A stretch of 64,000 nt of DNA. Source: Wolbachia endosymbiont of Folsomia candida (lineage in GTDB: Bacteria > Pseudomonadota > Gammaproteobacteria > Diplorickettsiales > Diplorickettsiaceae). The notes under the pieces were generated by a model, which was given only the letters and a program-made list of their open reading frames with translations, was not told the origin of the DNA and did no database searches. Numbering within the stretch: the stretch's first letter is position 1; each line of letters starts with the position of its first letter. A program made the translations under genes and the position numbers. The stretch lies in assembly GCA_041949685.1 (NCBI GenBank), contig JBHGAL010000001.1:36015-100014 (forward strand), written 5' to 3'. Positions 1-12,496 of the stretch are shown piece after piece.

Positions 1-144
1 GACGAAGCTAATGCTATTGAGTTGTTCGGCCATCACCCTGAAATGATAGAAGGGCGTAAAGATAATATCAAAGTAACTGATAAAAATGATCTAAATTTAC
101 TTAATTATTATCTTTCTATTCGACCTGACCTTTGCCATTCATGA
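1..144 (+). CDS. ispD: 2-C-methyl-D-erythritol 4-phosphate cytidylyltransferase, C-terminal fragment (5' end outside window)
   Basis: Frame +1 is open from the window edge to TGA at 142-144. The translation DEANAIELFGHHPEMIEGRKDNIKVTDKNDLNLL resembles the C-terminal G..NIKIT.p.DL block of IspD. Confidence 0.5.
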   Translation, partial: DEANAIELFGHHPEMIEGRKDNIKVTDKNDLNLLNYYLSIRPDLCHS

Positions 145-175
145 GTTTTAAATTCCCCGCTTTTGTCAACGTAAC

Positions 176-1627
176 CTATTTAGCTTCTTTCAATAAATTA
201 TGCATGTATAAGACATAATCCAACTGACCAAAACTTTTGGCTATTTCTTCGCGATAATAATTTTGCTTAGCATCATTTAGTAGGGGTTGGTATTTTTCAT
301 CGCGAACTGCAATTAATCTGACCAATGCATAATCCCCATTTTCCAAACTAAAACCTTTCATCGATGACACAGTAGGAATATTTTTATTCGGCGGAATTAA
401 CGTAAATGCAGCTCTTACTATATCCTTATTTAATTTATTATCATGTCGATCCACTTGCTGAGCAAACTGCCATTGTAAATTTTTGCTATCTATATTTTTA
501 GGACCAGAACCTGTTTTTTCTGAATTTTTGAATAAATTCTCTCCAAATTTCTGTGCTTCAGAAATAGCCATTTGTTTATTCAAAACTTCTTTGATTTTCT
601 CTTGCACAGCATTGAATGACTGTATACCAGCAGGCTGATATTTTTTGATTCGTAGAACAACAGCGGTACTCGGATTAATATTAATTACTGAACTATTATT
701 TCCTTGCAAAACATCCTGACTGAATGCAGCAGCAATTATTTTTGGATTTTTAGTCAATCCTTCTTTACCACCAGACTTATCAAAAAAAGCTGTGGAGTGT
801 ATCGCTAGATCCAATTTCTTTGCTGCGATAGCTAAAGAATCAGGGTGAATGTAAGTTAAATTAGCTAATTTATCTCTATTTTCCAGGAATGCTTTTTCAT
901 CCTCAAAGGAAAGTTGGATATATTCAATTCTAGCTTGTTCTAGCTGGGTAAAATTTTGTTTATTTTGCAGATAATAAGCAAAAATTTTGGAATCCGGTAG
1001 CGTGAATTTCTGATGTAGAAATCTTGAATGCGGGATAATAAGATAAGCAAAATCTCTTTTTTGATGACTGTATTTTATGTAATTATTGATTTCTTGGGGT
1101 AAAGCAAATGCGCTTTGTGTTATTCCTTGTTGCACCTGATTAATCAGCAATGTTTTTTTTATGTCCGTTAAAAACTGAAGCTTAGTATAATTTATAGCCT
1201 GTAACACAGCATAAAATTGTTCAACAGAAAAACGACCATCCGATTGAAACGCTGGAATTTGTAATAAAGCAGAATCTATTAGGGGCTGACTAATGCGGTA
1301 TTTGGATTGTAAAGCCGCTTGAAATAAAACTTGTGTTGTTTCCCACTCCTGTAAAGTTTGTTGTCTCAATTGCTCAATGATTTCCTTATTATTAGAAAAT
1401 TTTTTTCCTAAACGATCACGGGCTTGTTGATACACACGTTGATAGGCCTTATCAAAATCGCTTTGTAGTAATGTTTGTCCCGCGATCTTAGCAACCACCT
1501 TATTATTGCTTCCTGCATTTAGCTCTAAATAGCCGTGTATACCCCATAGAGCAAAAACAATGATTAATAATCCGATTACTGTGCTGGTTATCCAGCCTTG
1601 CGTTTTATCACGAATGGATTGCAACAT
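176..1627 (-). CDS. ppiD: periplasmic chaperone PpiD (short form, no recognisable parvulin domain)
   Basis: 483-aa ORF. It has the N-terminal MLQSIRDKTQGW motif plus a single TM helix and SurA-like chaperone regions. It occupies the conserved position after lon-hupB-tRNAs. Confidence 0.8.
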   Translation of the reverse strand: MLQSIRDKTQGWITSTVIGLLIIVFALWGIHGYLELNAGSNNKVVAKIAGQTLLQSDFDKAYQRVYQQARDRLGKKFSNNKEIIEQLRQQTLQEWETTQVLFQAALQSKYRISQPLIDSALLQIPAFQSDGRFSVEQFYAVLQAINYTKLQFLTDIKKTLLINQVQQGITQSAFALPQEINNYIKYSHQKRDFAYLIIPHSRFLHQKFTLPDSKIFAYYLQNKQNFTQLEQARIEYIQLSFEDEKAFLENRDKLANLTYIHPDSLAIAAKKLDLAIHSTAFFDKSGGKEGLTKNPKIIAAAFSQDVLQGNNSSVININPSTAVVLRIKKYQPAGIQSFNAVQEKIKEVLNKQMAISEAQKFGENLFKNSEKTGSGPKNIDSKNLQWQFAQQVDRHDNKLNKDIVRAAFTLIPPNKNIPTVSSMKGFSLENGDYALVRLIAVRDEKYQPLLNDAKQNYYREEIAKSFGQLDYVLYMHNLLKEAK

Positions 1628-1705
1628 ATTGAGAAAACTTTAATTAAACCAATGTGGAAGAGTCTTAACAAATAATACAATTTATAGTTAAAAATTCTAG
1701 AGAAC

Positions 1706-1782
1706 TGGCGGAGTGGACGGGACTCGAACCCGCGACCCCCGGCGTGACAGGCCGGTATTCTAACCAACTGAACTACCACTCC
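1706..1782 (-). tRNA. tRNA-Asp (GTC)
   Basis: The reverse complement GGAGTGGTAGTTCAGTTGGTTAGAATACCGGCCTGTCACGCCGGGGGTCGCGGGTTCGAGTCCCGTCCACTCCGCCA is near-identical in layout to E. coli tRNA-Asp. The anticodon loop is CTGTCAC and CCA is encoded. Confidence 0.95.
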
Positions 1783-1794
1783 CGCAATATATTA

Positions 1795-1870
1795 TGGTGG
1801 GTGCTGTAGGGATCGAACCTACGACCCTCGCCTTGTAAGGGCGATGCTCTACCAACTGAGCTAAGCACCC
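1795..1870 (-). tRNA. tRNA-Val (TAC)
   Basis: The reverse complement GGGTGCTTAGCTCAGTTGGTAGAGCATCGCCCTTACAAGGCGAGGGTCGTAGGTTCGATCCCTACAGCACCCACCA folds as a cloverleaf. The anticodon loop is CTTACAA. Confidence 0.95.
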
Positions 1871-1912
1871 TGTCGAAAGGGACGTCATTCTAAACTTATT
1901 TACGCGATATTG

Positions 1913-2191
1913 CTACTCTTTTTGCACAGCATCCTTAAGTGCCTTTCCTGACTTAAACGCTACCGCATTACTTGCCTTTATCTGTATGGATTCTCCTGAT
2001 TTTGGGTTGCGTCCAGTACGTGCTTTACGATGACGAACACAAAGTGTACCAAATCCAACCAAACTAACATCTTCTCCCTTACACAAAGCTTTTGTAATAG
2101 ACTCCAAAATTTTTTCTAAAGTCTTTCCAGCAACGTTTTTTGGAACTTGTGCTGCTTCCACAATAACATCAACTAAATCTGATTTATTCAT
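1913..2191 (-). CDS. hupB: DNA-binding protein HU-beta
   Basis: 92 aa. MNKSDLVD...GFGTL.VRHRKARTGRNPKSGE matches the HU/IHF family signature. It lies downstream of lon as in many gammaproteobacteria. Confidence 0.93.
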   Translation of the reverse strand: MNKSDLVDVIVEAAQVPKNVAGKTLEKILESITKALCKGEDVSLVGFGTLCVRHRKARTGRNPKSGESIQIKASNAVAFKSGKALKDAVQKE

Positions 2192-2316
2192 ATACCCTCA
2201 CAACGGTAGAAATTAAGACTAACACCTTTAAATTAAATTTTAAGCGTCTTGCTATAGATTATAAGTGAACTGTTTATATCAATAGCGTGAATCCTCTGTC
2301 AAGGGAATAAGAGATA

Positions 2317-2440
2317 TATACTCTTCCGCTCTTGAATTTTTTTCTGTGTTGCCGCTCAACTCGTAACCCTCATGTATCTTGAAGAAATGAAGATTGCTCA
2401 TTCTCGCGGCGCCTTGCGAAAAATCCAATTGCTCTGAGCT
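2317..2440 (+). repeat. MITE/REP-like palindromic element, copy A
   Basis: Hand-aligned to the copies at 27900, 40720 and 44062. It has the left end TATACTCTTC, then CTTGAATTTTT.TCTGTGTTGCCGC, and the right arm GCGGCGCCTTGCGAAAAATCCAATTG. The right end is degenerate and ends about 3 bp from the lon stop codon. Confidence 0.75.
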
Positions 2441-2442
2441 TG

Positions 2443-4932
2443 CTAACGAGTATCTGTCGTAGGATTAATTTTCGCTTGATTTTTTTTATCGACTAGCTTG
2501 ATTGGTACAGTCATTTTTTTTTCATGTTTCTTTCTAGCATTAGACTTAACTGATCTCTTATCTGGATGTTGTAAAGCAATATCTAGAACTTGATCTATCC
2601 AACGAACAGGATGAATAATTAAACCTTCTTTAATATTTTTTGGAATTTCTTTGAGATCTCGTTTATTTTCTTCAGGGATAATAACCTCACGTATACCACC
2701 ACGATGTGCCGCAAGTAACTTTTCTTTTAAACCACCAATCGGCAAAACTTCACCGCGTAGAGTTATTTCCCCTGTCATTGCGACATCAGCTCGTACGGGT
2801 ACTTTAGTAATCGCAGAAACTAATGCAGTACACATACCAATCCCAGCACTAGGTCCATCTTTAGGCGTTGCTCCTTCAGGAACATGAACATGGATATCCT
2901 TTTTTTCATAAAAATGAATAGGAATACCTAAGACTTCAGCGCGACTTCGCACCACTGTTAATGCGGCTTGAATGGACTCCTGCATCACTTCGCCCAAATG
3001 ACCTGTATAACTTGTTTTACCCTTTCCAGGCACAACTGCAGCTTCGATAGTCAATAAATCACCGCCAACCTCTGTCCATGCCAAGCCACTTACCTGTCCA
3101 ATTTGATCATTGTGCTCAACTAATCCATATCGATAACGTCTTACGCCAAGATATTTTTCTAAATTATGACTAGTAACGGTAACTGCCTTTAAGCTAGGTT
3201 TACGTGCTATTTCTGTAACTACCTTCCGGCAAATTTTAGCAATCTCGCGTTCCAAACTACGAACCCCTGCTTCACGCGTATAATAACGAATGATGTCCTG
3301 CAATGCAGTTTCCGCTAAAACTAACTCTTTATTTTTTAAACTAATTTTTAACCCGTTTTGAATAAGTTGCTTTGGTAATAAATGCTGTTTAGCAATATTA
3401 ATCTTTTCGTCTTCGGTATAGCCGGGTATACGAATGACTTCCATACGATCCAATAAAGCTGGCGGAATATTCAAGGTATTCGCGGTTGCAATAAATAAAA
3501 CCTCAGATAAGTCGTAACTTACTTCTAGATAATGATCATCAAAAGCGTGGTTTTGCTCAGGATCTAATACTTCGAGCAATGCCGATGCAGGATCACCTCT
3601 AAAATCCATAGCCATTTTATCGATTTCATCAAGCATAAACAGAGGATTCTTGACCCCAACTTTAGCCATTTTTTGCATAATTCGACCAGGCATCGAGCCA
3701 ATATAGGTACGTCGATGTCCTCTAATTTCTGCTTCATCACGCACCCCACCCAATGACATGCGCACAAATTCACGTCCTATGGCCTCGGCAATGGATTGTC
3801 CTAAGGAAGTTTTTCCTACACCGGGTGGTCCAACCAAACATAAAATAGGACCCTTTAATTTTTTAACGCGCTGATGAACTGCTAGAAACTCAATAATTCG
3901 CTCTTTGACTTTTTCTAAACCATAATGCGCTTCTTGTAATACTTTTTGTGCTTTATCTAAATCGTAACGAACCTTACTGCGCTTATTCCAAGGAAGAGAT
4001 AAAACCCAATCTAAATAATTTCGACTAACGGTCGCTTCTGCGGCCATAGGAGACATAGATTTTAATTTATTTAATTCAGAGATTGATTTATCCTTCACCT
4101 CTTTAGGCATTTTTGCTTTTTCGATACGTTTTGCAAGATCGTCTAGTTCATTTGTGACACCTTGAGATTCTCCCAATTCCTTTTGAATAGCTTTAACTTG
4201 TTCATTTAAATAATATTCGCGCTGGCTTCTTTCCATCTGTTTCTTAACGCGTCCGCGAATCCGCTTTTGTATTTGCAAAAGATCAATTTCACTTTCGAGA
4301 AAAGCTAATAATCGTTCTAGACGTTTTTTTAATGGAAAAATCTCAAGTATCTCTTGTTTTTCTTGAATTCTTAGCGTCAAGTGTGCCGCAATCATATCGG
4401 CCAGTCGGCCTGGATTATCAATACTCGATAAGGTACTTAAAATTTCTAAGGGAATTTTTTTATTTAACTTAACGTATTGTTCGAATTGACTCAAAATTGT
4501 TCGTGTTAGAACCTCGATCTCTTGATCGGGCTCAACAGGAGGTATACCTACAACTTCAATTTCTGCCGCAATATAATCTTTCTCTTGGAAAAATTGTTTA
4601 ACTTTACCCCGTTGCGAACCTTCAACCAACACTTTAACGGTGCCATCTTTCAGCTCTAGCAATTGTAAAATTGTGGCTATTGTTCCAACTTGGTAAAAAC
4701 CTTCAATAGCAGGACTATCTTCAGCTGGGTTTTTTTGTGCAATGAGTAAAACCTTTTTCTCAGCATTAGATTCCGCCATGGCGGCTTCCAACGCTTTAAT
4801 CGATTGCTTCCTACCCACAAAGAGTGGTATGACCATGTGAGGGTAAACTACAACATCCCGTAAAGGGAGCAGCGGAAGTTTCTCTGAAAGTTTAGAAGTC
4901 GTTGCCCCGCCGCCAATTAGTTGCTTTGCCAT
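2443..4932 (-). CDS. lon: ATP-dependent Lon protease
   Basis: 829 aa. It has a Walker A motif GPPGVGKTS and the protease motif PKDGPSAG, and the LON N-domain begins [15 protein letters not shown]. Confidence 0.97.
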   Translation of the reverse strand: MAKQLIGGGATTSKLSEKLPLLPLRDVVVYPHMVIPLFVGRKQSIKALEAAMAESNAEKKVLLIAQKNPAEDSPAIEGFYQVGTIATILQLLELKDGTVKVLVEGSQRGKVKQFFQEKDYIAAEIEVVGIPPVEPDQEIEVLTRTILSQFEQYVKLNKKIPLEILSTLSSIDNPGRLADMIAAHLTLRIQEKQEILEIFPLKKRLERLLAFLESEIDLLQIQKRIRGRVKKQMERSQREYYLNEQVKAIQKELGESQGVTNELDDLAKRIEKAKMPKEVKDKSISELNKLKSMSPMAAEATVSRNYLDWVLSLPWNKRSKVRYDLDKAQKVLQEAHYGLEKVKERIIEFLAVHQRVKKLKGPILCLVGPPGVGKTSLGQSIAEAIGREFVRMSLGGVRDEAEIRGHRRTYIGSMPGRIMQKMAKVGVKNPLFMLDEIDKMAMDFRGDPASALLEVLDPEQNHAFDDHYLEVSYDLSEVLFIATANTLNIPPALLDRMEVIRIPGYTEDEKINIAKQHLLPKQLIQNGLKISLKNKELVLAETALQDIIRYYTREAGVRSLEREIAKICRKVVTEIARKPSLKAVTVTSHNLEKYLGVRRYRYGLVEHNDQIGQVSGLAWTEVGGDLLTIEAAVVPGKGKTSYTGHLGEVMQESIQAALTVVRSRAEVLGIPIHFYEKKDIHVHVPEGATPKDGPSAGIGMCTALVSAITKVPVRADVAMTGEITLRGEVLPIGGLKEKLLAAHRGGIREVIIPEENKRDLKEIPKNIKEGLIIHPVRWIDQVLDIALQHPDKRSVKSNARKKHEKKMTVPIKLVDKKNQAKINPTTDTR

Positions 4933-4952
4933 AAATTCAACCTTTGAAAGAT

Positions 4953-6272
4953 TTACTCGCTACCCGCCGCCATTTCTTTATTGTCTAATTCGATTTCTTT
5001 TTCTTGTTTGTAAATCACCAAGGGTTTTGCTCCCTTACTGACGGTGCTTGCTTCAATAACAATCTTATTTACGTTCTGCATAGAAGGCAATTCATACATC
5101 GTATCTAATAAAACACTTTCCAAGATTGCACGTAAGCCTCTAGCGCCTGTTTTGCGATCTAAAGCTTTTCTCGCCACCATTTGTAAAGCATCTTCGCGGA
5201 ATTCTAGATCGACGTTATCCATTTTAAATAATTTGAGATATTGTTTGATCAAAGCATTCTTAGGTTCCTTTAAGATTTGAATCAACATTTTTTCATCAAG
5301 CTCTTCTAACGTTGCAATAACAGGGAGACGACCTATTAGCTCGGGTATAATCCCATACTTAATTAAATCTTCTGACTCAAGCCGATTTAACAAAGTTGTT
5401 AAACTTCTTTTATCCCCTTTACTGCGTACATCAGCGGAGAATCCAATTCCAGTTTTCTCGGTACGTTCACGAATAATTTTCTCTAACCCTGAGAAAGTTC
5501 CTCCGCAAATAAATAGAATATTAGTAGTATCTATTTGTACTGTCTCTTGATTAGGGTGTTTACGCCCCCCTTGCAGAGGCACGGAAGCAACGGTACCTTC
5601 AAGTAATTTGAGTAACCCCTGCTGAACACCTTCACCTGAGACGTCTCGAGTAATAGAAGGGTTTTCAGCACGGCGACTAATTTTATCAATTTCATCAATA
5701 TAGATAATTCCTAACTGCGCCTTTTCAATGTTTCCGTTAGCAGCTTGTAGTAATTTTTGTAATATATTTTCTACGTCATCCCCTACATAACCCGCTTCGG
5801 TTAAGGTTGTTGCATCTGCAATAGCAAAAGGTAAGTTAAAAAAGCGTGCTAAAGTTTTTGCTAATAAAGTTTTACCACTCCCGGTAGGACCTATAAGTAG
5901 CACATTACTCTTACTAAGTTCCGTATCATCTTTGACATTCAGCGGATGAAGACGAGCTTTTTTAATTAATTCTAGACGCTTATAATGGTTGTAAGCAGCT
6001 ACAGATAATATTTTTTTGGCAAATTCTTGGCCTATAACAAACTCATTAAATACATCATGAATCTCTGCAGGCTTAGGAATCGACGTGCCACCTTCCTGGC
6101 GCGGAACTTCCTGTTGAAACTCTTCTTGCAAAATATCACTACATAGTTGCACGCATTCATTACAAATAAAAATAGAAGGCCCTGCAATTAACTTTGGCAC
6201 TTCATCCTGACTTTTACCGCAAAATGAACAGTGTAGAGGCCCAGAGGTTTTATCGTTTATGGAACTACTCAT
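4953..6272 (-). CDS. clpX: ATP-dependent Clp protease ATP-binding subunit ClpX
   Basis: 439 aa. It has an N-terminal zinc-binding motif CSFCGK...CNEC and a Walker A motif GPTGSGKT. It sits in the clpP-clpX-lon order. Confidence 0.97.
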   Translation of the reverse strand: MSSSINDKTSGPLHCSFCGKSQDEVPKLIAGPSIFICNECVQLCSDILQEEFQQEVPRQEGGTSIPKPAEIHDVFNEFVIGQEFAKKILSVAAYNHYKRLELIKKARLHPLNVKDDTELSKSNVLLIGPTGSGKTLLAKTLARFFNLPFAIADATTLTEAGYVGDDVENILQKLLQAANGNIEKAQLGIIYIDEIDKISRRAENPSITRDVSGEGVQQGLLKLLEGTVASVPLQGGRKHPNQETVQIDTTNILFICGGTFSGLEKIIRERTEKTGIGFSADVRSKGDKRSLTTLLNRLESEDLIKYGIIPELIGRLPVIATLEELDEKMLIQILKEPKNALIKQYLKLFKMDNVDLEFREDALQMVARKALDRKTGARGLRAILESVLLDTMYELPSMQNVNKIVIEASTVSKGAKPLVIYKQEKEIELDNKEMAAGSE

Positions 6273-6348
6273 ATTTATTACCTCAACAAACTATTATTCA
6301 TATATTGATATTTAAACAAAATTTTAAAAACTTTCGAATAAGACCTAC

Positions 6349-7014
6349 TTAATCAACCGATGAAGTAGCTAAAGATTCTTTGGTTTTCCCAGTTTCTGTA
6401 CGCATTGTTAAAACTGCGTCGATTAAGCCATAATCTATGGCTTGTTGCGCTCCCATGAAATTATCACGATCAGTATCGCGTAAAATCTGTTCCGTATTTT
6501 TCCCTGTATGTTTAGCCATTATATTGTTAATTCTTTCTCTAACTAACAACATTTCACGAGTATGGATTTCAATATCCGTTGCTTGCCCTTGATAACCGCC
6601 TAATGGTTGGTGAATCATCATTCGTGCATGGGGTAAACAATGACGTTTTCCTTTCGTCCCACCACAAAGTAACAAAGCGGCTGCGCTGGCTGCTTGGCCT
6701 ATACACATCGTACTCACATCGGGCTTGATAAATTGCATGGTATCGTAAATAGCTAGACCTGATGTCACCACGCCTCCCGGTGAATTAATATACAGTGAAA
6801 TATCTTTGTCAGGATTTTCAGATTCTAAAAAAAGCATTTGCGCAATAATTAAATTAGCCATATGGTCTTCAATCGGACCCACAACAAAGATAATACGATC
6901 CTTTAATAAACGAGAATAAATATCATAAGCCCTTTCTCCTCGGCCGGTTTGTTCAACGACCATAGGGACTAATAATGAATTCGTTATTTCCTTTGGCGAA
7001 CTGCGTAAATACAT
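6349..7014 (-). CDS. clpP: ATP-dependent Clp protease proteolytic subunit ClpP
   Basis: 221 aa. [22 protein letters not shown] and GQAASAAA are ClpP hallmarks. The start codon is uncertain, and an internal Met is possible. Confidence 0.95.
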   Translation of the reverse strand: MYLRSSPKEITNSLLVPMVVEQTGRGERAYDIYSRLLKDRIIFVVGPIEDHMANLIIAQMLFLESENPDKDISLYINSPGGVVTSGLAIYDTMQFIKPDVSTMCIGQAASAAALLLCGGTKGKRHCLPHARMMIHQPLGGYQGQATDIEIHTREMLLVRERINNIMAKHTGKNTEQILRDTDRDNFMGAQQAIDYGLIDAVLTMRTETGKTKESLATSSVD

Positions 7015-7101
7015 AATTACTCTCTAAAGATAAAAATAAATTTTTGATTGCTACTAAGGTATAACATTTCTGTTACTTAAAAAGCCAATACCATTAACCA
7101 A

Positions 7102-8424
7102 TTAAACTGTTACTTCCTCGATATTATCCGTACGATTTTTTCCAGTGAGATTCATAATATCTGAATACTCAGCTACTTTTTCAGTGTATTCTACTTCTTC
7201 TAACAACTTATCAATGACCTGTTCTTCTAAAACCGAAGAACGAATGCTCATCATCATATTCTTGTCTTTATACAGCTTATCCCGAACCATTTGATCAAAT
7301 TGAAAAGCTCCCACTAGTTTATCGATATGCTGTTGGACTCGCGATTCGTCAACATGCAGATGATGCTTCTCAATAAGTGCATTAAATAATAATCCAAGCG
7401 TCACTCGTCGGTGCGACATATGCATTAAATCTGCTTTTTCAATTTCCGATAAGCTTGCTTTTTCCTTACCCTGTTGTTTCTGTTGCCTGTAAACATCGTT
7501 TTCTAAACGCTGAAACTCTTGACTCAGTGCTCCCTGCGGTAATTCATTAATAGCGTGCATAGTAACCAATTTATCTATGGCCTGAGCTTTTAATTTTTCA
7601 CGTAAAATTCTATCTAACTCTATCTGCATATGTTGTTTAACTTGATCTTTCAGTGCCTCGATAGTGCCCTCTTTAATATCCAAACGTTTTGCAAAAGCAT
7701 TATCTAATTCAGGTAATTTTGCTTTGGCAACCTTTTTTACTTTTATTGTTGCTGAGTTAGCCTGTTCAGATCCTTGCTGTTTCGGGAGTGAAATGGATAA
7801 AGTGTCGCCAGCAACGCTAGATAGGAGAGCTGAAAACCCCTCGGGAATCTTATCTTCCTCTAGAACCCATTGTAAATCTTTACGCATTTTCTCTTCTGCA
7901 TCCGCGAAAACGATATCGAAGCTCACCTGATCGCCATAACCAGCTCTATCAGGCACTTCAATCCATTCAGCATATTGCTTACGCATTTGCTCTAATACTT
8001 TATTTATATCTTCTTCGGTTATATCTACTTTATACCTTTCTAAGCTAGCACCTTTTAATGTGGGAACCTCTACTTGCGGATAAATTTCAAAGCTTGCTGT
8101 ATAAGTAAGATCTGCACCTGGCTCTGCTTTTATGGATTCAATATGGGGCTGTCCTACTGGATTTAAAGTCTCTTGCTCTAGAGCGGTCGATAAACTAATT
8201 TGTAAAGACTTTTCGATGACCTCTTGCCATATGCTATTTCCATAGAGCTTCTCAATATGGCTTAGTGGAACTTTTCCGGGTCGGAACCCGTCTAAACGCG
8301 TTTTCTTAGCTAATTCAAGAAGATGGAGCTTCTTTCTCTCTTCTAACTGGCTTATGGGTACCATCACATTTAGACGTCGAGTAAAATTATCGACACTCTC
8401 TACCGAAACTTGCATTTCATTCAT
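7102..8424 (-). CDS. tig: trigger factor
   Basis: 440 aa. It has the ribosome-binding motif GFRPGKVP near the N-terminus and lies upstream of clpP. Confidence 0.95.
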   Translation of the reverse strand: MNEMQVSVESVDNFTRRLNVMVPISQLEERKKLHLLELAKKTRLDGFRPGKVPLSHIEKLYGNSIWQEVIEKSLQISLSTALEQETLNPVGQPHIESIKAEPGADLTYTASFEIYPQVEVPTLKGASLERYKVDITEEDINKVLEQMRKQYAEWIEVPDRAGYGDQVSFDIVFADAEEKMRKDLQWVLEEDKIPEGFSALLSSVAGDTLSISLPKQQGSEQANSATIKVKKVAKAKLPELDNAFAKRLDIKEGTIEALKDQVKQHMQIELDRILREKLKAQAIDKLVTMHAINELPQGALSQEFQRLENDVYRQQKQQGKEKASLSEIEKADLMHMSHRRVTLGLLFNALIEKHHLHVDESRVQQHIDKLVGAFQFDQMVRDKLYKDKNMMMSIRSSVLEEQVIDKLLEEVEYTEKVAEYSDIMNLTGKNRTDNIEEVTV

Positions 8425-8467
8425 AAATTTTAAGGCTCTTATCGTTGTAAAATCCTAGGGGCCATGC

Positions 8468-8554
<87 letters not shown>

Positions 8555-8593
8555 AAAGGTCGTTAATTATACAGTATCTTATCATGAAAAAAA

Positions 8594-9610
<1,017 letters not shown>

Positions 9611-9769
9611 TTAAATTATTCTATGTTTTGGAGTACTTTAACTTATAAAACCACTTATTCAAAAATACTTAATGCTGTACTTGTATTGTTTGATTTGTTT
9701 TTGTTAGAATCACCGCCTCTACTCATAAGAGTAGTAATCGCATTTAGAGAGCTTCGGAGCTTCCCAGTT

Positions 9770-10207
9770 ATGAAAACATTGATGGCCAAACCCGGCCTTG
9801 TTGAACAAAAATGGCTTTTAATTGACGCCTCAGGCAAAACCTTAGGTAACCTAGCTACTAAAATAGCCCACATTCTGCGCGGAAAGCATAAGCCAGAATT
9901 CACTCCTCATGTTGATACTGGGGATTATATCGTTGTTATTAATGCTGAAAAAGTGACTGTAACCGGCACGAAGGCTAAAAACAAACTATATGAGCGCTAT
10001 ACGGGTTATCCTGGCGGGCTAAAATCTATTTCTTTTGAAAAATTGCAAAAAGCTTTTCCTGCTCGAATTATTGAAAAAGCTGTTAAGGGCATGCTACCTA
10101 AAAATCCTTTAGGTTATGCCATGATAACTAAACTTAAAGTCTATGCTGGTTCTGCACATCCTCATAGCGCTCAAAATCCTGAACCAACTAGCATTGATAG
10201 GTTATAA
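9770..10207 (+). CDS. rplM: 50S ribosomal protein L13
   Basis: The track ORF starts at 9578, but the L13 homology begins at the ATG at 9770 ([20 protein letters not shown]). That start gives 145 aa, the typical L13 length. Confidence 0.93.
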   Translation: MKTLMAKPGLVEQKWLLIDASGKTLGNLATKIAHILRGKHKPEFTPHVDTGDYIVVINAEKVTVTGTKAKNKLYERYTGYPGGLKSISFEKLQKAFPARIIEKAVKGMLPKNPLGYAMITKLKVYAGSAHPHSAQNPEPTSIDRL

Positions 10208-10210
10208 ACT

Positions 10211-10645
10211 ATGGCACTAGAACAGAATTATGGTACGGGTCGCCGTAAAACAGCGACCGCTAGAGTATTCCTTAGAAAAGGTACTGGTATTATCCAAGTA
10301 AATGGCCGTACTTTAGAAAATTACTTTGGCCGCGAAACTGCTCAGATGGTTGTTAATCAGCCTCTAGAAGTCGTTGACCAAATGGGTAGATTTGATATCA
10401 CAGTAACAGTTTCTGGTGGCGGAAGCAGCGGTCAAGCAGGCGCTGTTCGACACGGGATAAGTCGCGCTTTAATAAATTACGACGAATCGACTACTGTCAA
10501 TACCGATGATACTGCCGGAAATGATGCTTCATTTCGTCGATTATTACGCCGCGCGGGCTTAGTTACTCGAGATGCTAGAAAAGTTGAACGGAAAAAAGTA
10601 GGTCGGCATAAAGCACGTAAAGGAACTCAATATTCAAAACGATAA
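10211..10645 (+). CDS. rpsI: 30S ribosomal protein S9
   Basis: 144 aa. It has [12 protein letters not shown] at the N-terminus and a [12 protein letters not shown]-terminus. It follows rplM. Confidence 0.96.
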   Translation: MALEQNYGTGRRKTATARVFLRKGTGIIQVNGRTLENYFGRETAQMVVNQPLEVVDQMGRFDITVTVSGGGSSGQAGAVRHGISRALINYDESTTVNTDDTAGNDASFRRLLRRAGLVTRDARKVERKKVGRHKARKGTQYSKR

Positions 10646-10703
10646 TCATCATATTATTTATTGAATTTTTTTAGATTAGTTATATTTTTTAACGACGAAA
10701 AAA

Positions 10704-11279
10704 ATGGAAGAAGATCGTCGCCACTTGTTGGCTATTATAATAGCTATCATGGCTGGATTTGGTATAGCCGCTAGCGCTATACCTTTTTTAGCGTCTTTAC
10801 AACCAACTGCCAAAACGCTCGCCCTAGCCTCTGATCCTGTTAAAGTTGATCTAAGTCATCTTGCTCCAGGAGAGTCCATGGTGGTTGCTTGGCAGAATAA
10901 GCCTGTTTGGATTATCCGGCGAACCCAAGCAATGTTAGATAATCTTCCGAAAATTCATTCCTTATTACGCGATCCAGATTCTTTAACAGAACAACAACCC
11001 GCTTATGCGCGTAATGAATATCGTTCTCTCAACCCCGAATACTTAATTCTTATTGGTTTATGCACTCATTTAGGGTGCTCTCCTCTATTTAAACCCATGC
11101 TAGGAGAATTAAATCGTAAATGGCCTGGAGGACTATATTGTCCCTGTCACGGATCTAAGTTTGATCTCGCTGGACGGGTTATGAAAGGGGTGCCGGCGCC
11201 CAGTAACCTTAAAATTCCACCTTATCGTTTTACCGACGAACATACTGTAGTGATAGGTGAAAATCCAAGGTTAGTATAA
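10704..11279 (+). CDS. petA: ubiquinol-cytochrome c reductase iron-sulfur (Rieske) subunit
   Basis: 191 aa. The Rieske boxes CTHLGC and CPCHGS are both present. Confidence 0.93.
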   Translation: MEEDRRHLLAIIIAIMAGFGIAASAIPFLASLQPTAKTLALASDPVKVDLSHLAPGESMVVAWQNKPVWIIRRTQAMLDNLPKIHSLLRDPDSLTEQQPAYARNEYRSLNPEYLILIGLCTHLGCSPLFKPMLGELNRKWPGGLYCPCHGSKFDLAGRVMKGVPAPSNLKIPPYRFTDEHTVVIGENPRLV

Positions 11280-12496
11280 TGCAAAAATCGCTATTCGATT
11301 GGTTGTCTGAACGTTTGCCAATTAATGAATATATACGCCAACATTTGACACAATATTATCTACCGAAAAATCTCAATTTTTGGTATTTCTTTGGTTTTTT
11401 AAGTCTTTTCACTCTTTTTATACAAGTCTTGACCGGAATATGGTTAACCCTGTTTTACACTCCTACAGTTGAAGGAGCATTTAATTCAATCGAAATGATA
11501 ATGCGAGATATACCGTACGGATGGTTATTACGTTATCTACATTCTAGTGGTGCTTCTGTTTTTTTTATTCTAATTTATGCACATATCTTTCGTAGCCTCT
11601 TATATGGATCGTATAAAAAACCTAGGGAACTAGTTTGGTTGTTAGGGGTATGCCTTTATATTATTTTGCTACTCGAGGCATTCCTCGGCTATCTACTCCC
11701 TTGGGGGCAAACATCCTATTGGGCCAGTCAAATTGGCACTTCATTGCTAGACTCAATTCCAAAGATTGGGCCAACGCTAACACTTTGGATTCGTGGTAAT
11801 AACGTGGTATCAGGAGAAACTTTACATCGTTTTTTTGCATTCCATGTAATAGCTATACCTTTATCATTGGTATTTCTAATTCGGTTACACCTTATTGCTT
11901 TACATAAAGTTGGCTGTAATAATCCTGAGGGAATTTCTATACCAGCAAAACCTTGCTTGCATAATAAAGCTGCTTTTAAAGTCCCTTTTCACCCTTATTA
12001 TACGATCAAAGAATTGCATGCCTTACTAATTTTTTTGTTTATTTTTTCCATTATCGTATTTTTTTTCCCCGAAATGTATGGATATTTTCTTGAAACAAGT
12101 AATTTTATACCAGCAGACCCTTTACTAACTCCTAGCCATATTCGACCATTATGGTATTTAGCGCCTTTTTATAGCGTATTATGTGTTATCCCTAATAAGT
12201 TACTGGGTATTTTAATTATGGGAGGGGGGCTTTTCATACTATTTTTGTTGCCATGGCTAGACCGCAACCCAGTTCGATCAATGCGTTACCGGGGAAATTA
12301 CTCTCGCTTTGCTTTGGGAATTTTTATATTAAGTTTTGGCTTACTTAGTTATATCAGTACGACCATACTTACACCCAATAAGATACTTTTCGTACAAATT
12401 TTATTACTAATCTATTTTCTTTTTTTTCTACTCATGCCCTTCTATACAAAATACGAAAAAAACAAACCTTTACCACAATGCATATGTGGAAAATAA
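11279..12496 (+). CDS. petB: cytochrome b
   Basis: 405 aa, polytopic. LRYLHSSGAS and the conserved His ligands fit cytochrome b. Its start overlaps the petA stop. Confidence 0.93.
   Translation: MQKSLFDWLSERLPINEYIRQHLTQYYLPKNLNFWYFFGFLSLFTLFIQVLTGIWLTLFYTPTVEGAFNSIEMIMRDIPYGWLLRYLHSSGASVFFILIYAHIFRSLLYGSYKKPRELVWLLGVCLYIILLLEAFLGYLLPWGQTSYWASQIGTSLLDSIPKIGPTLTLWIRGNNVVSGETLHRFFAFHVIAIPLSLVFLIRLHLIALHKVGCNNPEGISIPAKPCLHNKAAFKVPFHPYYTIKELHALLIFLFIFSIIVFFFPEMYGYFLETSNFIPADPLLTPSHIRPLWYLAPFYSVLCVIPNKLLGILIMGGGLFILFLLPWLDRNPVRSMRYRGNYSRFALGIFILSFGLLSYISTTILTPNKILFVQILLLIYFLFFLLMPFYTKYEKNKPLPQCICGK

Noticed and set aside
1588-1779. 63-aa ORF on the minus strand
   Set aside because: It runs through tRNA-Asp, and its GRGFESRP peptide is simply the translated T-arm. 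The 65-aa ORF at 20838-21035 overlaps tRNA-Pro in the same way.
2651-2887. Short ORFs antisense to or inside lon, clpX, tig, rimK, hisC, the 741-aa gene, guaB, guaA, pgk and others (for example 2651-2887, 5044-5280, 7664-7930, 15323-15667, 29894-30238, 34104-34511, 45845-46090, 56845-57159)
   Set aside because: All lie fully within well-supported genes on the opposite strand or in another frame. Their composition is low-complexity or biased, and they have no RBS or recognisable motif. They are treated as chance ORFs.
12478-12496. 19-bp overlap of petB and petC, and 28-bp overlap of hemD and hemX, as possible frameshift or fusion signals
   Set aside because: Both downstream genes have plausible in-frame alternative starts, and the overlaps are typical of compact operons. 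There is no slippery sequence.
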